The position numbers were made by a program, and so were the translations under genes. A stretch of DNA of 63,112 nt, counting the filler, from Octopus bimaculoides (lineage: Eukaryota), in NCBI RefSeq assembly GCF_001194135.2. It is 4 parts of 4 records of this genome, joined end to end, with 100 filler letters (N's around TTAATTAATTAA, not from the genome) between each part and the next. Parts side by side here need not be neighbours in the genome. Positions count along the whole stretch, not along the records: positions 1 to 25,425 come from NC_068988.1; 3 more parts are not named here. One strand, 5' to 3'. The notes below the pieces were generated by a model that saw nothing but the letters and a program-made list of their open reading frames with translations, searched no databases and was not told where the DNA came from. Below, in pieces: positions 1 through 13,683 of the stretch (position 1 is the stretch's first letter; each line of letters begins with the position of its first letter).

Positions 1-66
<66 letters not shown>
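1..66 (+). repeat. (TAA)n microsatellite
   Basis: Pure TAA run; representative of dozens of (TC), (TG), (TA), (TATG), (GATA) and (CA) tracts throughout the window. Confidence 0.98.
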
Positions 67-75
<9 letters not shown>

Positions 76-77
76 GG

Positions 78-260
78 TTGATAAGTAGGAAAAAGGTTGA
101 TAAATATGAAATCGCTAAAATGTGGCGGCTACGAGAGTCAAACATAAAGTTTATTCGTATTGTCATCGGAGCATTGGGTTCAATACCACCCAATCTGAAA
201 AAAACATCTGAAAACTTTAAAGATACCCTACAATCTAGAGTGACATGGCGATACGTTGGA
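78..260 (+). mobile_element. R4/Dong-type LINE restriction-like endonuclease C-terminal fragment
   Basis: KVDKYEIAKMW...KFIRIVIGALGSIPPNLKK/HLKTL (one extra A); cf. the K..KY..L...W....IP.VIGALG.....L.KHL end of the RLE domain. Confidence 0.75.
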
Positions 261-753
261 ATTACAGGGATAATCCATGAGACACGTTTCCGCTTATCCG
301 ATTTTGCTGTCCAGGATTAGATCGACCCAATCTATGGAAAAAATATACGCTTTACCCCTCGTCGAATACGTGAAACAGGATGATCGAACCTGGTGTCTCG
401 TGTTTGCGAAGCGAATTTTTCTAACTATTCGGCCAAAAACGTGAAAAATGATCTTTGAAAATGTTTTCGATTAACGTTACTGTTTAATTAATCCCAGGTC
501 AACTCTCATCAACCAGCTGAAGAGAATGCTTTTTCCATCATAAATCAAAAAGCCTTCTTGCTGTGCTTATCCCATATATTTATTCAGCTACCATGTATGT
601 GTCACATAATGCAACGTGACATTTTTAGAAATAGGGTATGATGTGAAATGGACTTGGTTGCTACTTCTAGCAAATCAACCAATAGCGTAGAAGTTCACTC
701 CTTGGTGGTGTATAGCGTGGCATCATTAAGATCACTCTCTCTCTCTCTCTCCT

Positions 754-802
<49 letters not shown>

Positions 803-3800
803 ATATCTATCTATCTATCTCTCTCTCTCTCTCCTGTTACCTTCTTACAATTAATTTACTGTTTACCTTGCTTGTTCCCTGCTCCGCAGCTATTAACCTT
901 GAAGCACAGGACTTATTTAATTTTCGGACAGGAGACTAGTTCACCTAACTTCAGGTCGTATTTACACGATGTTAAACTTGTGTGATATATGTCTCGGAGC
1001 CAGCTCTCTTCTGAATTCGGTATACCTTAAGTACACGACTTTCATCTACTATTTGATGGCTTCCACACATTTTTCTCCTACCAAATTCATTCACAAGGCA
1101 TTAATCGGTCAGGGGTTATACGAAAAGGAGCCGATATATGTAACTGCAGAACTTGAAAGCATGTGGTTGCGACGCGAACTTTATTATACTGCCACGCCTG
1201 CACCTACGCTAATATGTATTAATAACTGAAAACAGAAGGGCAGCGCCTATAACTTCTCTCAGAGCTTCTGAGTCTTGTAGGAGGAAGAGAGAGGGGTGTC
1301 CTCAAAACGGTAACTAGACTCCAAATGTTGTAAACAGAATTCGATGAACGAATAAAAGCATCATTATGGCTTCCTTCTCGTGTAAATGAAGACACTTCGA
1401 TGATGTCATATCAGACGTCATTAACGAGACAGGCTCACGTTGTCGCTTGACCTATTAGAAATAGCATAAAAAGAGGACACGTTGGATGATGTAATCTCAG
1501 ATACACTGTAATAGGAAAGTGTGTATATACGTGTATACGTGTATATGTGTGACCAAAGTGCAGCGCTGTGGGATCGAGCCCCAAAACATGAAGTCACGAA
1601 GCTGAACCTCTAAACCACACAACCATAATGGCGCGTGGCTAAGTGGTTAGGGTGTTGGGCTCGCAAGTATTAGGTTGTAGGTTCGATTCTTTGGACCAGC
1701 TAGTGAGTTGTGCTGTTGAGGAAGGAACTTAATTTCAAGCAGGTCCAGTCTACTCAGCTGTAAATAGTATCAGCCAAGCACTGATACAGCTCCCCCTCCC
1801 CTCTCTCTTTCTCTCTTTCTCTCTCCTCAACTCTCACATCCCGGATGTTCCCCTGGACTAAGGACGGGTGGTCCCAGTACGTGTTTATTTATCTGCTTGA
1901 AGTTACATAAGAACCGAAAACAACGAAAACATGTCACATATTGCCTGATCATGTCTGGTTGCAAGCGACGTTTATACTATTAATTTAATCAATTTTGCTT
2001 GTTTATTGTAGTAGGAACTGTCATTGTGTTTGAACTACGTTATTAGTTGGGTTCATCAAGGCGGCGAGCTGGCATATTCGCTAGCACACTGGACAAAATG
2101 TGATTAGACTTGATAGACAGAAACTGTGTGGAAACAGATAAATAGCTAGATAGGCAGACAAACGGACGAACGCGTATGTGTGTGCGCATGAGTGTTTGAG
2201 TGTTTTTCCCGTTACCTTTTTATTGCCAGTATTGGTTTGTTTTCGTGCCTATAATAAGCGGTTCAACAAAAAAAAATATTTAATAAACACCGGACTTTTA
2301 AAACAATAAGCTCTGGGGCCGGTCTGATAGACTAAATGCTTCAAGGCCGTGCTCCAACATAGCCAGTGTTCAATAACTAAACCAAGTAAAGAAGTATATG
2401 AATTTTAAGTACAATACTTAACCTGAACTGCATCAAAAAGTATTGGGATATACCTAATCATAGCTAGCATAAAAGTGTACTGGCTCTTATGTGTGTGTGT
2501 GTACTTAGTCTACATCGGTAGAATTGAGTTTCTATAGATTTAGATCGTGTTAGTATTATGAGTGTAAAAAATATTGTATACGTATGTTTATGAAACTATT
2601 GAAGAAGGTGATGTACGATTACCTAAAATGATAGAATGTATGTACGTATGTATGTGTGTGTGCGTATGTGTATGTGTGTGAGTGTATGTGTGAGTAACGT
2701 GATCAGAGCGACAAATAACCATTTATTTTCATGATATTAATTTTTGCGGATCTTTGCTAGTTCATACATGAACATGTGTGATTTCACATGTATTCATATA
2801 TTAAACGTGTGCATTGATGGAGAGATATTAATTGACGAAGAGACATAGAAACAGATTAACGTCGCAAATACAGTAATTGCGTTGCTTGCATTTAGCTGTT
2901 TTATATTGAAATAGTCTTAACAAGGACGACCTTAGGCAAGCAGAAGAAATCAAATACACAGAAATGTTCTCAAAATATTCTCTTTCAATGAGAAAACGTT
3001 ATGGATGTTTTCTGTATGTTCGAACATAAAGTATACAAAAGTATACAATAGGTATTCGAAAAAATTATTTATTAGTTCACTTATTAATTCGTCGAGCTTT
3101 CTATCTCATCAAATTAATTTTCTGCTGGCAATCCATTTGTACTATTAAATCACATTGTCATTATGGTATTAAATGAAGCATAACAAATAAGGAGAAGATA
3201 GGAGAGGATAAGATAGAAAAAGAAAATCAGTAAAGAGGAGAGTAAACATTTTAACATGTCGTTGCGTGACTTATAATATGAAAGCAAAATATGAAACAAC
3301 TTCGACAATCTATACGTACAGTAAAGTTATTACATTTATTACTTTCTTTTTAACTTGTCGCTTATGAATATTCTATGGGAATTTGCTTTCAGTGAAGGTT
3401 CTTATGGGCTTTGTCAATCCACAAGGATTCCGGATTCAAAAGATCGATATAATTTAATCACTAGTTAAATATATGAAGGAGAAATGCAGAAAAAGATTTA
3501 GAGGCATTGATAAGCTATAAGGCAATCGTCGTTTCTGGAACATTACATCATGTCAGAATATTTAATCTCTTTATTCGGCTCCTAATAGAAAAATAGAAAA
3601 GAGCTAATTGGGAGATTCTGTATTGTCACTCGACCTGACAGAGTTCACTGCCAAATACTTCTTGATTCATCCTCCACCGCCTTAAAAATGTAAAGGTATA
3701 TTAAGTAATGTAATCCAAGATCTCCATCTACCGACCTATATATCTATCTACCTATTAATCTACCTATCTACTCTTCTCTCTTTCTCTCTATTTCTCTCTT

Positions 3801-3885
3801 ACTCTCTCTCTCTCTCTCACTCTGTCTTGCTCTTACTCTCTCTCGCTCTCTTTTACTCTCAGTTACTCACTCATTTTTTCTCTCA

Positions 3886-3924
<39 letters not shown>

Positions 3925-5146
3925 ACACTCAGAAAACACAATTGGTATTAATGCTTTACATAATGTACACGTGATCGGTGCACTCCAAGTATATTAGCAT
4001 AAAACTCGGTTGCATTAACAAATGTTGCCAGTCCTATTCTTCAACATTACTCAGCAAATACACGATGTGTTGGTATGCGTTTGCGTCTTCCAGAGGTGTT
4101 GTTAAATGAAATCGCGTCCGCTAAACGTACTCACAGATTCAAAGAGATAACACAATTTCATAATGAACGAGAACGGGAAAATTTCTTGTTCATAGCCGGG
4201 TATTTTAATTACCAACTCCCATTTCCTAGAAGGAATAAAATTTAAAGCCGATCACTGTAGGACACGAACTCAGAACGGAGAAACAAACATTGCAAGAGAT
4301 TTACCCGCCGCTCTGATCACGTGGCCACTTCACCGTCTTGCATCATTGTAAATACCTTGTTGGTTAGCATGTACAGTATCATTGCTAATAATTTGTTTGT
4401 TAACATGAATTACTTTTGTTACTTTTAAAAATATGAAAGAGTTATTTTGTTGGACGGCTGTCTGCTGGCCTAGAATTCATTTTTCGATGCTTTCATTAAA
4501 GAAATGTATTTGTTCATTTTCTGCGAAACAGCGAAAATCTTGAAGAATGAATTCATTGTCTGTTTTATTGCTCATATTAACCATTTCTCAGCTGTTGACA
4601 TGGGCGGGATAATTATTCAAAGTGGATCCATTCTCCGGTAAAAAAAAAGTTCAATTTTCTGCATAATGTTATCGTCTGCAACAACTGATTTCAGCTTTAA
4701 TATATTCATTTATTTTCCAAGACTTATTTTTCAAATAATTTCTCGTGTTCTGCAATATTACAGTAAAGAGTATGTGAACAGAAAATGGAAGCATTCGTAG
4801 TTGATGCCTTGTCACAGAATCAAAGACAGCGTGTCTGAGAGTATTTGTTATCATCTTCTATTAAACTCATCTTGATTGCAGCATCTGGATCATTTGCACA
4901 AACCTCATTATTGACAATCCTCATATCTTCAAATGATGTACTTTCGGGAATATGATTCAGCAATGTTCTCAAGTGGGGAGCAATGTATCCATTAGAATGA
5001 ATATTACAGTCCCGATACCTTGGACGTTTATGCTCAGAAACAGAATATATTCAAAATGGGAAATAAGTTGGCTGATTCCTTTGTGCATGCGAAAATATGA
5101 ATTATTAAAAAGTTACCAGAAATGAAACTCTTGAGCTTAAACTTTA

Positions 5147-5282
5147 TGTTAGGGTTTCGGGTTAGAGTTAGAATGTAGAATTAAGGTTAGCGTTAGATAT
5201 TAGGATTGAGGGTAAACTTAGAGTTTAAGGTTAGAGTTAGAGTCTAGAGTTGGGGTTAGGATTTAAGAGTAAGAGTTACGAT
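5147..5282 (+). repeat. Degenerate telomere-like (GTTAGG/GTTAGA)n tract
   Basis: GTTAGGGTTTCGGGTTAGAGTTAGA...GGTTAGAGTTAGAG..GGGGTTAGG with ~6-nt periodicity. Confidence 0.7.
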
Positions 5283-5408
5283 TATGTTGATGAAATCAAA
5301 CAATTTTTTAGTTAATTTTTCTCAAAAATGTTCTCTTTGAAATGGGGGTTTTAGCCGCTATTTCAAAATGTTGGATAATTCAAACATTTAACTACGCCCG
5401 TGGCTGTC

Positions 5409-5790
5409 TGTTGACAACTTTTCTTCGTCTTATAAGGGTAATAAAATCCGATCTCTCTGCTGTTTTCATGGCTATACAGTGTTCGAAATATTACCTTCTT
5501 GTCTGTATAATACAATACACATTCGACGCTTCAAAATGAAAAAATAAAAAGTTTGCTTACATATATTGTTGTTACATTCCAAAAAGCTATGTATTTAACG
5601 CTCAATTTGGCAGAGATTTTTGTCAGTGGGCAGTTTAGCTTAAAGCTAGAGAGCTCAGCCGGTATTCGAGTTCCTTGGCAATTTGTTGACGACATTTTCC
5701 CCCGTCTTATAAAGGTAATAATACCCGATTTTTTCTGCTGTTTTCACGACTATACTGCGTTCGAAATATTATCTTTTTGTCAGTTATAAT
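5409..5790 (+). repeat. Diverged ~100-bp direct repeat pair
   Basis: TGTTGAC..CGTCTTATAA.GGTAATAA..CCGAT..CTGCTGTTTTCA..CTATAC.G.GTTCGAAATATTA at ~5409 and ~5682. Confidence 0.85.
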
Positions 5791-6387
5791 ATGATATAAC
5801 TATACCTGTACGTTTTTCTAAATGCCCAACTTTTTTAAAAACGTTCCCAACATGGCCATCTCTTAGAAGTCTGTTTTCTCGTAACTGCTTTTGTTAACAA
5901 ATGCATTTTTTGTACGTTCAAAGGAGAATTACTCAATATAGTTTCCATCTTAAGATTTTCCTATTTCAAAACTTAAACTCCGCTTAATCATTTTGGGGAT
6001 TTATTTTCTGTTTCTCTTCTACAATTTATTGATTCACTCCCTTGTATAGTGTTTGAATGTTTCGATAGTAGATAATATGTACTTTAAAGAAGGCAGGCAA
6101 TTTACTGGTTTATTCTCATTCATCTAGTTTCAGTTATGTTATTATTTTCTTTCACTAATCTTTTCAGATTTTACATTGTCAATGAAACAACATATTGTTG
6201 TCCTTCTAAATGGACAATTACATATTGCATATGTGGATACGAACCATATAATTTAAACCACAGCGTTCTGTGTGCTTTCTTCTGCTTGTGAAACATGGCA
6301 GCCGTTAATATAATTATCAACATCATTTGTCTTTGCTTCTTAGTGTTCGTAATTTGTTTCTCCTGTAATAATGACTGCTGCACAGAT

Positions 6388-6706
6388 GTGACGTTTATGA
6401 ATATATTTACTGATATATTTCACTGTTTTAACAGTTATACATACTTCTACATTGCAAAGACCGCCGAATTTAACACTGAAATACGGAAATTACAGTGACA
6501 TTTATGAATATATTTACTAATATATTTCCCTATTTTAACTGTTAAATATATTTCTACATTGGAAAGACTACTGAATTTAACATTGAAATACGGAAAATAC
6601 GGTGACTGTTATGAATAGATTTAGATATATTTCACTATTGTAAGTTACTTATATATTTCTGTATCGCAAAGGCCATTATATTTAGCACTGAAATATGAGA
6701 AGTACG
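6388..6706 (+). repeat. 107-bp tandem repeat, 3 diverged copies
   Basis: Units start GTGAC at 6388, 6495 and 6602 and share TTATGAATA.ATTTA...CTGAAATA.G. Confidence 0.9.
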
Positions 6707-7234
6707 GTGTTATTTATCGTTCGTTAAAACGTATTTGATTATCAGAACTTTGAACCATTATCTGGACATTTGATAGGTGTTAACATTCTGCGCTGTAGTT
6801 TTCGAGAAAATGAAATATTTGGATACTGTTTTATGACATTTCCCATCAATCATGCGCTGGAATAATCTTTCCCACATGGACCATGTGGCAGCGCTGGATT
6901 ACGCAAAATAAGCACTACTTAGGGCATCAAGGGAATGGGGCTACACAGAAATGGTAAATGGCTTACAGTACAAAAGAAATCACTTTAAACTTGCTAGAAT
7001 AATATTTTTAAAATGGTTTATATGATCGGAAATATAATTTCGAAGTATTCAAGGTGTCATAGTGAGGAGCTGATCAAAACCTTTGCAATTTAAAAAAAGT
7101 AGGAGAAAACTTTACTAATATAAACAAAATAAAAGTATACAAAAATAAACATTATTTTCCATCTTACTCTTAGCTTTGTTTCATTTTGAAAATATAAATT
7201 TATTTTATGGTTCATGTTTGTGTTTATATTTTGA

Positions 7235-7282
<48 letters not shown>

Positions 7283-10200
7283 CATAGGTATGCATGTATA
7301 TGTATGTATGTTGACACCAAAATCTTTTAAGTGTTTAGGGCCTCAATGTGTCTTAGTTCAGCCCTGCATAAGCTTTTAATATATTTCGATGTGGGCTCAT
7401 TTGTCTTTCTACAATCGCTAGTTTTCGTATGTGAATTTATCTTTTTCTCCTGGACCTAACTGATAAGTATTTATTCAAATGTTTAACATATAACAATGGA
7501 CATTCCATGTTTGTTAAACTATGTATATGCTCTGCAACTTACCCAAGAACATCTTTTCCCAATATACGACGTAATGAATCCTTAAGCTTCATGAAGAGGC
7601 CCCGATTTGTTAAATCCAGTCCATCAGCCAGTGTCTTCCCAGAATACAGATCAGCTATAGTTTATTCCCAATCCTAATTACACGCGAAAGTAATAAAGAA
7701 AAGCAATCCAGTTTCCCGAAGTGTCCTACAATTACCATGGAGTCTTAACATAGTATTAGTGTCCATCGTGGGCCTCATAGAAAGGCTGACTACATGACTA
7801 TTCTTTTATCGATAAACATTGTTTCTGAGTCCATGTGATCGAAAATAGCACAATTCACTGCTATTTGAGTTTTCTCTCTTCTCCACACGCTCTTATTGAA
7901 ATTTGGAATGCATATCACAGTGATGTTCTCTGTGCTAAACGACCTGAATGGTGACGATAATAGAAATCATCGTCCTATACCATAAGCCTACATTTCTAGT
8001 AATCCTTTTGTGTTATTTGCATAGTTTTTCTTACAACGTCACATGTTAAATCAACTTCCCATTTTCTATCACTAAACGGATATAACAATGAAAATTGTGA
8101 CAAGTTATAATTTGGATGAATGAATGTCATTGTTTGAAGTTTAACCTCTCCTGCAACACCTCGTTTACATAACGTAATAATTCGTTCCAGTTGCAGTATT
8201 TCGAAATTACTATCTGGCATAATTATGGCAGATTCTTCTTTGCAGTTGGCTAATTGGCTCTTTGGCTACCAAACATAGCAACCTATTTACGTGGAGGAAA
8301 TGCCATAGAAAATTCTCGACTATTAACAGTATCCAAGTATTCTTTGCTATTATCATGAAATGGGGCGGTCAATTAGTTATCTCTTTACATCAGTGTTTGA
8401 TGTGAACCCATAATATCGCTGTCTAATGTGTTGAATATTTACATCCTCTGAAACAGTTGAAATGGTGTATCATTAAGATACATCTAAGTAAACGCCGAAT
8501 ATCTTTTACTTGTATCAGCCATTGGACTGCGGCCATGCTAGGGCACCACCTTGAAGGGTTCTAACCGATCAAATTGACCCTCGTATTAATTCTTTTTTTT
8601 AATAGAAAGTTAAAGAAGTGATGTTTAAATTCTCAATCGCAGAATAATGCTAATAATATAGCCTGAACAGGATAAACTATCCCTATTTTTGCAGAGAAAA
8701 GTGTAGGTGGCCAGCTGTGGACTCGAACTCACATCCCCGTCATTACATGTGACGATGTTTTTGCCGATTAAGCTAAACTCACCACCACAAATTCCTCTGC
8801 AAATTAAGATATATAAATCTCGCTTTTCTCATTATGTATACAACGTGTATTTATTTGAATTGTTATCGTAGCTTAAGCTTTTGGCGAAGCAAAATCTCCA
8901 TCCGAGCCTTAACCTGAGATATAAATTTAGTATATTTTACATTAGTTTAACTTCACAGGGTTTTTTTTTCAAATGTGGAGCACTGGGGTAGTTAGTGTGT
9001 GTACCACCTAAGACTGTCTTTGAGTTTTTCCACCACTCCTCCTCCCCTATACAGGCTTATACATTGGTCCCAAGTGTGCTGACTCCATTAAAGCATCGCG
9101 CATTGCGGACCGAACCCACAACCTCACTTCCCTAGCTACGCAACTACTGAGAGAGTAATTATTCAATAGAAAGTAATACTAACCGCCCATTGAGCTGGGA
9201 AATTGTTTGGAGCTCTTTACAATGCCTTCCTTTAGCCTCAGCTTTGCACCACATTTTCAACACGCAACTTCTATCTTCCCAATATAATTTATGTTCCGTT
9301 GTTGCTTCTTGAAATTCGACAAATGTTTTATGCTTCAAATTTGTTTCCGTAGCTGTATTTATTCTATATGAAGCAACCATTGCAGTCGAACTTTGCTGCA
9401 GACTTTGAGGTTCACTTTTAATAGAACGTCATCTTCAGTCTCGGTTTCATCCTTGAGAAGTCCGTTCTGTAATTTCACAGTCCTTTTATCAATCATTGTT
9501 TGTCTTTTAATTTCGCAGTTTTCTAGCATTGTCCCGAATTTAATTGGCAACAAAAGATACGTTCTTTTTCCAGATGTCAGGGCAGCTTTTGTTGGCACTA
9601 ATTGATAAGGTTGTATTCATCGGAATTAAGACTGTGTTCTCTTCTCGGCTGAGTCGTTAGATCGTCGGACATGATGCTTCAATATATTTGCTCCACTCCT
9701 GGCACTCTGTGTTCAGGTCATACCGAGATCAACTTTGCTTTTTATTTTTTCGAGGTCAATAATAGAAAAATACCAATCCAGAGTGGAGGATTAGTGGATG
9801 TGTCAGAACGACGGACCTCATATTTCATGCTATTTATTTCAGCTCTTTCTGCTCTGACTCCCAATCCCACCGCAGACCACTCTATTGCAAGCACTGGGAA
9901 ATGGTCTCTACTTTGAGAATAGCTTCTTCCCTTTTATCACAGACTTACTGTAAAGAATCAGATTCCTCGTTAAAATATAAAACGAAGTTATTTTTTCCCC
10001 GTTCTAAGAAAGAAAGAATACGAAAGCGAAAGCTGAAAATAAAACTGAAACTGAAACTACAGTTTGTAACGAAAGACATTGAAATTGTGGAACACAATTT
10101 TTAAAAGTAAATTAATTTTAATTAATGATATCATTGGATATTTAAACGGCTATAAAGGCTACAGCAAACATAGACAATATAGAAAGAAAAAGGTAATAAA

Positions 10201-11121
10201 TGGCTATCAGATTAGAAATAAGCATGTATACACACAAACTTACAAACACACACACACGCACACACACACACACATACACACTAACACACACTCACTCACA
10301 CACACACATATGTATGTGTGTATAGCATACATGCATTTATATAGAAACACGCTGCACACATGCTTTGCATACATATATGTACATATATAACTTTATTTGT
10401 GCTTGTGTGTGTATGTGTGAGTGTGTGTGTATGTATGTATGTATCTATCTATCTATCTATCTATGTGTGTGTATGTACGTATGTATGTATGTATGTATGT
10501 ATGTATGTATGTGATAATGGAGAAGAGAACGGAAGCCACAAATGATAAAATTATATATCCAAAGTCTAAAAACATGTAATTACTGGAGTAAGTTGCTGAA
10601 AGCGTTGAACGATATAACTTGTAGAAATCATTCATTATCTGACGTAAAATGATATTGTTACGTGTTAACCAAACGATACGTACAATTAATTTTAAGAAGT
10701 TTTACTGAATACCAAACTAATAATATTATATAATGAAATTATTGGCTACTAGAATTATGGACAATATAGAAAGCAACTCTGAGAAATGCGCACAATTTCA
10801 ACGACTGAATAAATACGCGTGTATATATATGTGTGTGTACGTACGTACGTATGAGTGCATCTATGTATTTACGTATGTTTGCGGAAGTTATGAACGACAG
10901 TCACATACTCTTGTTAGATTCATTAGTACTGGGTAGCTTTAGCTGACGAGAGATAATAATGTCGAAACAACGGGTGTTCCGAAATCACCTAATGCTAATG
11001 TATTGGGTGAGTTATAACCGTACATCCGTCTTAAATTATTTGTTCTCCAATGACCCAATGACAAAATAAAACAACGATTAGCATATTCACGTTCGAATCT
11101 GCTGGAACGTATTAAGAATGA

Positions 11122-11124
<3 letters not shown>

Positions 11125-11155
<31 letters not shown>

Positions 11156-11184
11156 GGATGGATGGATGGATGGATGGATGGATG

Positions 11185-11224
<40 letters not shown>
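11125..11224 (+). repeat. (GATA)n/(GATG)n compound microsatellite
   Basis: Directly visible tetranucleotide arrays. Confidence 0.95.
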
Positions 11225-11307
11225 TCTTTTTATTATAGCCACACAGGGCTAAATACAGAAAATGGACAAATTACAAAGTAGGGCTTTTCTTTGGGGGTGG
11301 GGATAAT

Positions 11308-11410
11308 TTCGATCAAAAGGGATCGCGGAAAAAAAGGGGGGGATTTCGATCAAAAGGGATCGCGGGAAGAAAAGGGGGGGTCGATCAAAAGGGATCGCGG
11401 GAAGAAAAAA
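11308..11410 (+). repeat. ~34-bp tandem repeat, 3 copies
   Basis: TCGATCAAAAGGGATCGCGG(G)AA(G)AAAA(G)n three times, between GATA arrays. Confidence 0.9.
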
Positions 11411-11969
11411 AAAGATAGATAGATAGATAGATAGATAGGTAGATAGATAGATAGACAGACAGACACATACATACATACATGCATACATACATGCATACAT
11501 ACACATATGAATAGATTTTTCTCATGCCTATGTTTATGCACGTACATATATTTCAGCGCATTAATTTCTCATTCGTTTATGTCTGTATAATACAAAAATG
11601 CCACAAAATCATACCACTCTCTTAACATATTTTATCAATATTCCGTTTGAACGTTTCGCTATTTTACCCCTGATGCTTCGTTCGACAACTATACGACGCT
11701 TCATTAGAACAAATTGAATGGAACATGTTAAACAATTGTGTAATAACAGATGTGATCGATTTTCAAAGTACAAGAACATCTGTGAAAATATAGAAACGGT
11801 GAATGTTACTGCACCTCATTCATAGTCGAAAACATCTTTTCATTACTTTGTAAGGAGTATTGGTAATCTTTAGACACTGCTAAAGCCCTGGAGTGATTTA
11901 ATTTACTTGAATGAAATGCAATACGTTGATTAATAAAGTCCCTGTTTTTTATTCGCTTTCCTAACTTTA

Positions 11970-12005
<36 letters not shown>

Positions 12006-12062
12006 TGTATGCATATATATGTATGTATGTATGTTTATGTGTGTTTATATATATATATATAT

Positions 12063-12129
<67 letters not shown>

Positions 12130-12964
12130 TGTCTTGTCCTCTCTTTCAATATTTATGTATGAACGTATGCATATATTTTCATATATATGCCTATGTCTGT
12201 GTGTGTATGTGTATATATACGCACACATACATATATACATGCATATGTATATATATATATATATATAATATATATAAATACACGCTCAGGCACACACAGT
12301 TAAACGATAACCAAGATTTACTACACAAGGGACTCCATGCTGGATTAATGGCACATTTATGGCAATGGGACTTCCGTCGCTAACGACGACGAGTATTCAG
12401 TTGTCGGATCATCTAAACGCCCGATTTGTTAAATGAACCCATAAACGGCACGAAGACCCTTAATTTGAATTTTGAGTCGAATCGTCGTAGCACGATATGT
12501 GACAAAATACCATTTTGGATTCCATGTACACGGTCTGATCCAAAAGTATCGAGTTTGTTGCTATGGTAACGGAGCTAAAGTACGCAGTAAATATATAATG
12601 TTTTATTTAGTAGATCAGTTACTGTGCGTCACATTAAAAGCTATGTATTTTTGAACGGGAATTCAGCAACGCCGCCTAGCCAAGCAGCCGCCCTCTGTTG
12701 ATAAAGAGCAATAACCCAGAAACCGGTCCACTGATGTTGCTTTCTGCTGGATGGGGGTGCTGCACGCCCTGTTCGAAAACATAAGGACACAGATATTGTG
12801 TCGTATAGCCAGCTGTAAACGATGCTTCCTGGGGATAAACAACAGCAATAATCGTCCCTTCCAGGACTGCCACATTATGTTGGAAAATAGTCTTTACTTT
12901 AAAAAACTGTTACTGAATATCTCGTTTTGAGAGACTTAGGAATAAATATGTATATATATATATA

Positions 12965-13130
12965 TATATAACGGGTTTCTTTTAGTTTCCGTTTCCCAAA
13001 TCAACTCGTAAGTCTTTGGTCGATTCGAGGTTATAGTAACGGACACTTGCCCAAGGTATCATGTAGTGGGACTGAAACCGGAACCATGTGGGTGAGAAGC
13101 AAACTTCTCATCATACACCCACGCCTGTGC
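12965..13130 (-). mobile_element. SINE family A 5' half (reverse)
   Basis: Reverse complement reads GGTTTCAGTCCCACTACATGATACCTTGGGCAAGTGTC. Confidence 0.7.
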
Positions 13131-13357
13131 CTCTATATACATATAGAGAGACAGACACACAGACACACAGACAGGCAAATAGATAGATAGATAGATAGAT
13201 AGATGTGTGTGTGTGTGTATTTCTCTGTCTTCTCATTAATTTCCACTTTGTTCTCTCAAACACATTCTTTTGCCATATCTTTATCTTCTTTGTCTTCAAC
13301 ATCAATTTGTCATCCTCTCTCCCTCTTCCTCGTCCTGCCTTCCTCTATCTCTCTTCT

Positions 13358-13392
<35 letters not shown>

Positions 13393-13540
13393 ATCTTTCT
13401 CTCTATCTCTCTCTCTCTTTCTCTCTCTGGCTCACACCGTCTCTCTTTCTTTCTCTTCCTCTCGTTCCATCTCCCTCTATTTCTCTCTCTCTCTCTACCT
13501 CTCCCCCTCTCTCTCACTCTCTCTCTCTCTGGCTCACACC

Positions 13541-13574
<34 letters not shown>

Positions 13575-13646
13575 CTCACACCGTCNNNNNNNNNNTTCTC
13601 TCTCTGGCTCACACCGTCTCTCTTTCTTTCTCTTCCTCTCGTTCCA

Positions 13647-13683
<37 letters not shown>

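Larger units (their letters stand above)
4400..9600 (-). mobile_element. Decayed, interrupted Helitron Rep (RepHel N-terminal half) remnant
   Basis: Colinear minus-strand motifs: YIGKIEVAC*KCGAKLRLKE (~9280; N-terminal Zn finger), PTAKEESAIIMPD (~8240), HPNYNLSQFSLLYPFSDRKW (~8100; cf. HPSYDALQYPLLFP), DY*KCRLMV*DDDF..SGRLAQ (~7980), KRIVM*SAFL*GPR...GHFGKLD/FITFACN*DW (7790-7670; cf. GPRYM..GKPDLFITFTCNPKW), DVDNYINGCHVSQAE and VHLEGQQYV (6330-6200), LRTLLNHIPESTSFEDMRIVNNEV..LIEDDN (5000-4850), QLRML (~4800). Many stops, frameshifts and nested insertions; ends approximate. Confidence 0.85.

Noticed and set aside
6870-6900. HGPCG Helitron motif on the plus strand
   Set aside because: Opposite strand to the Helitron and without flanking similarity; likely chance.
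12525-12900. Second mariner element
   Set aside because: TACACGGTCTGATCCAAAAGTATCG resembles a mariner TIR, but no matching TIR or transposase motif was found.
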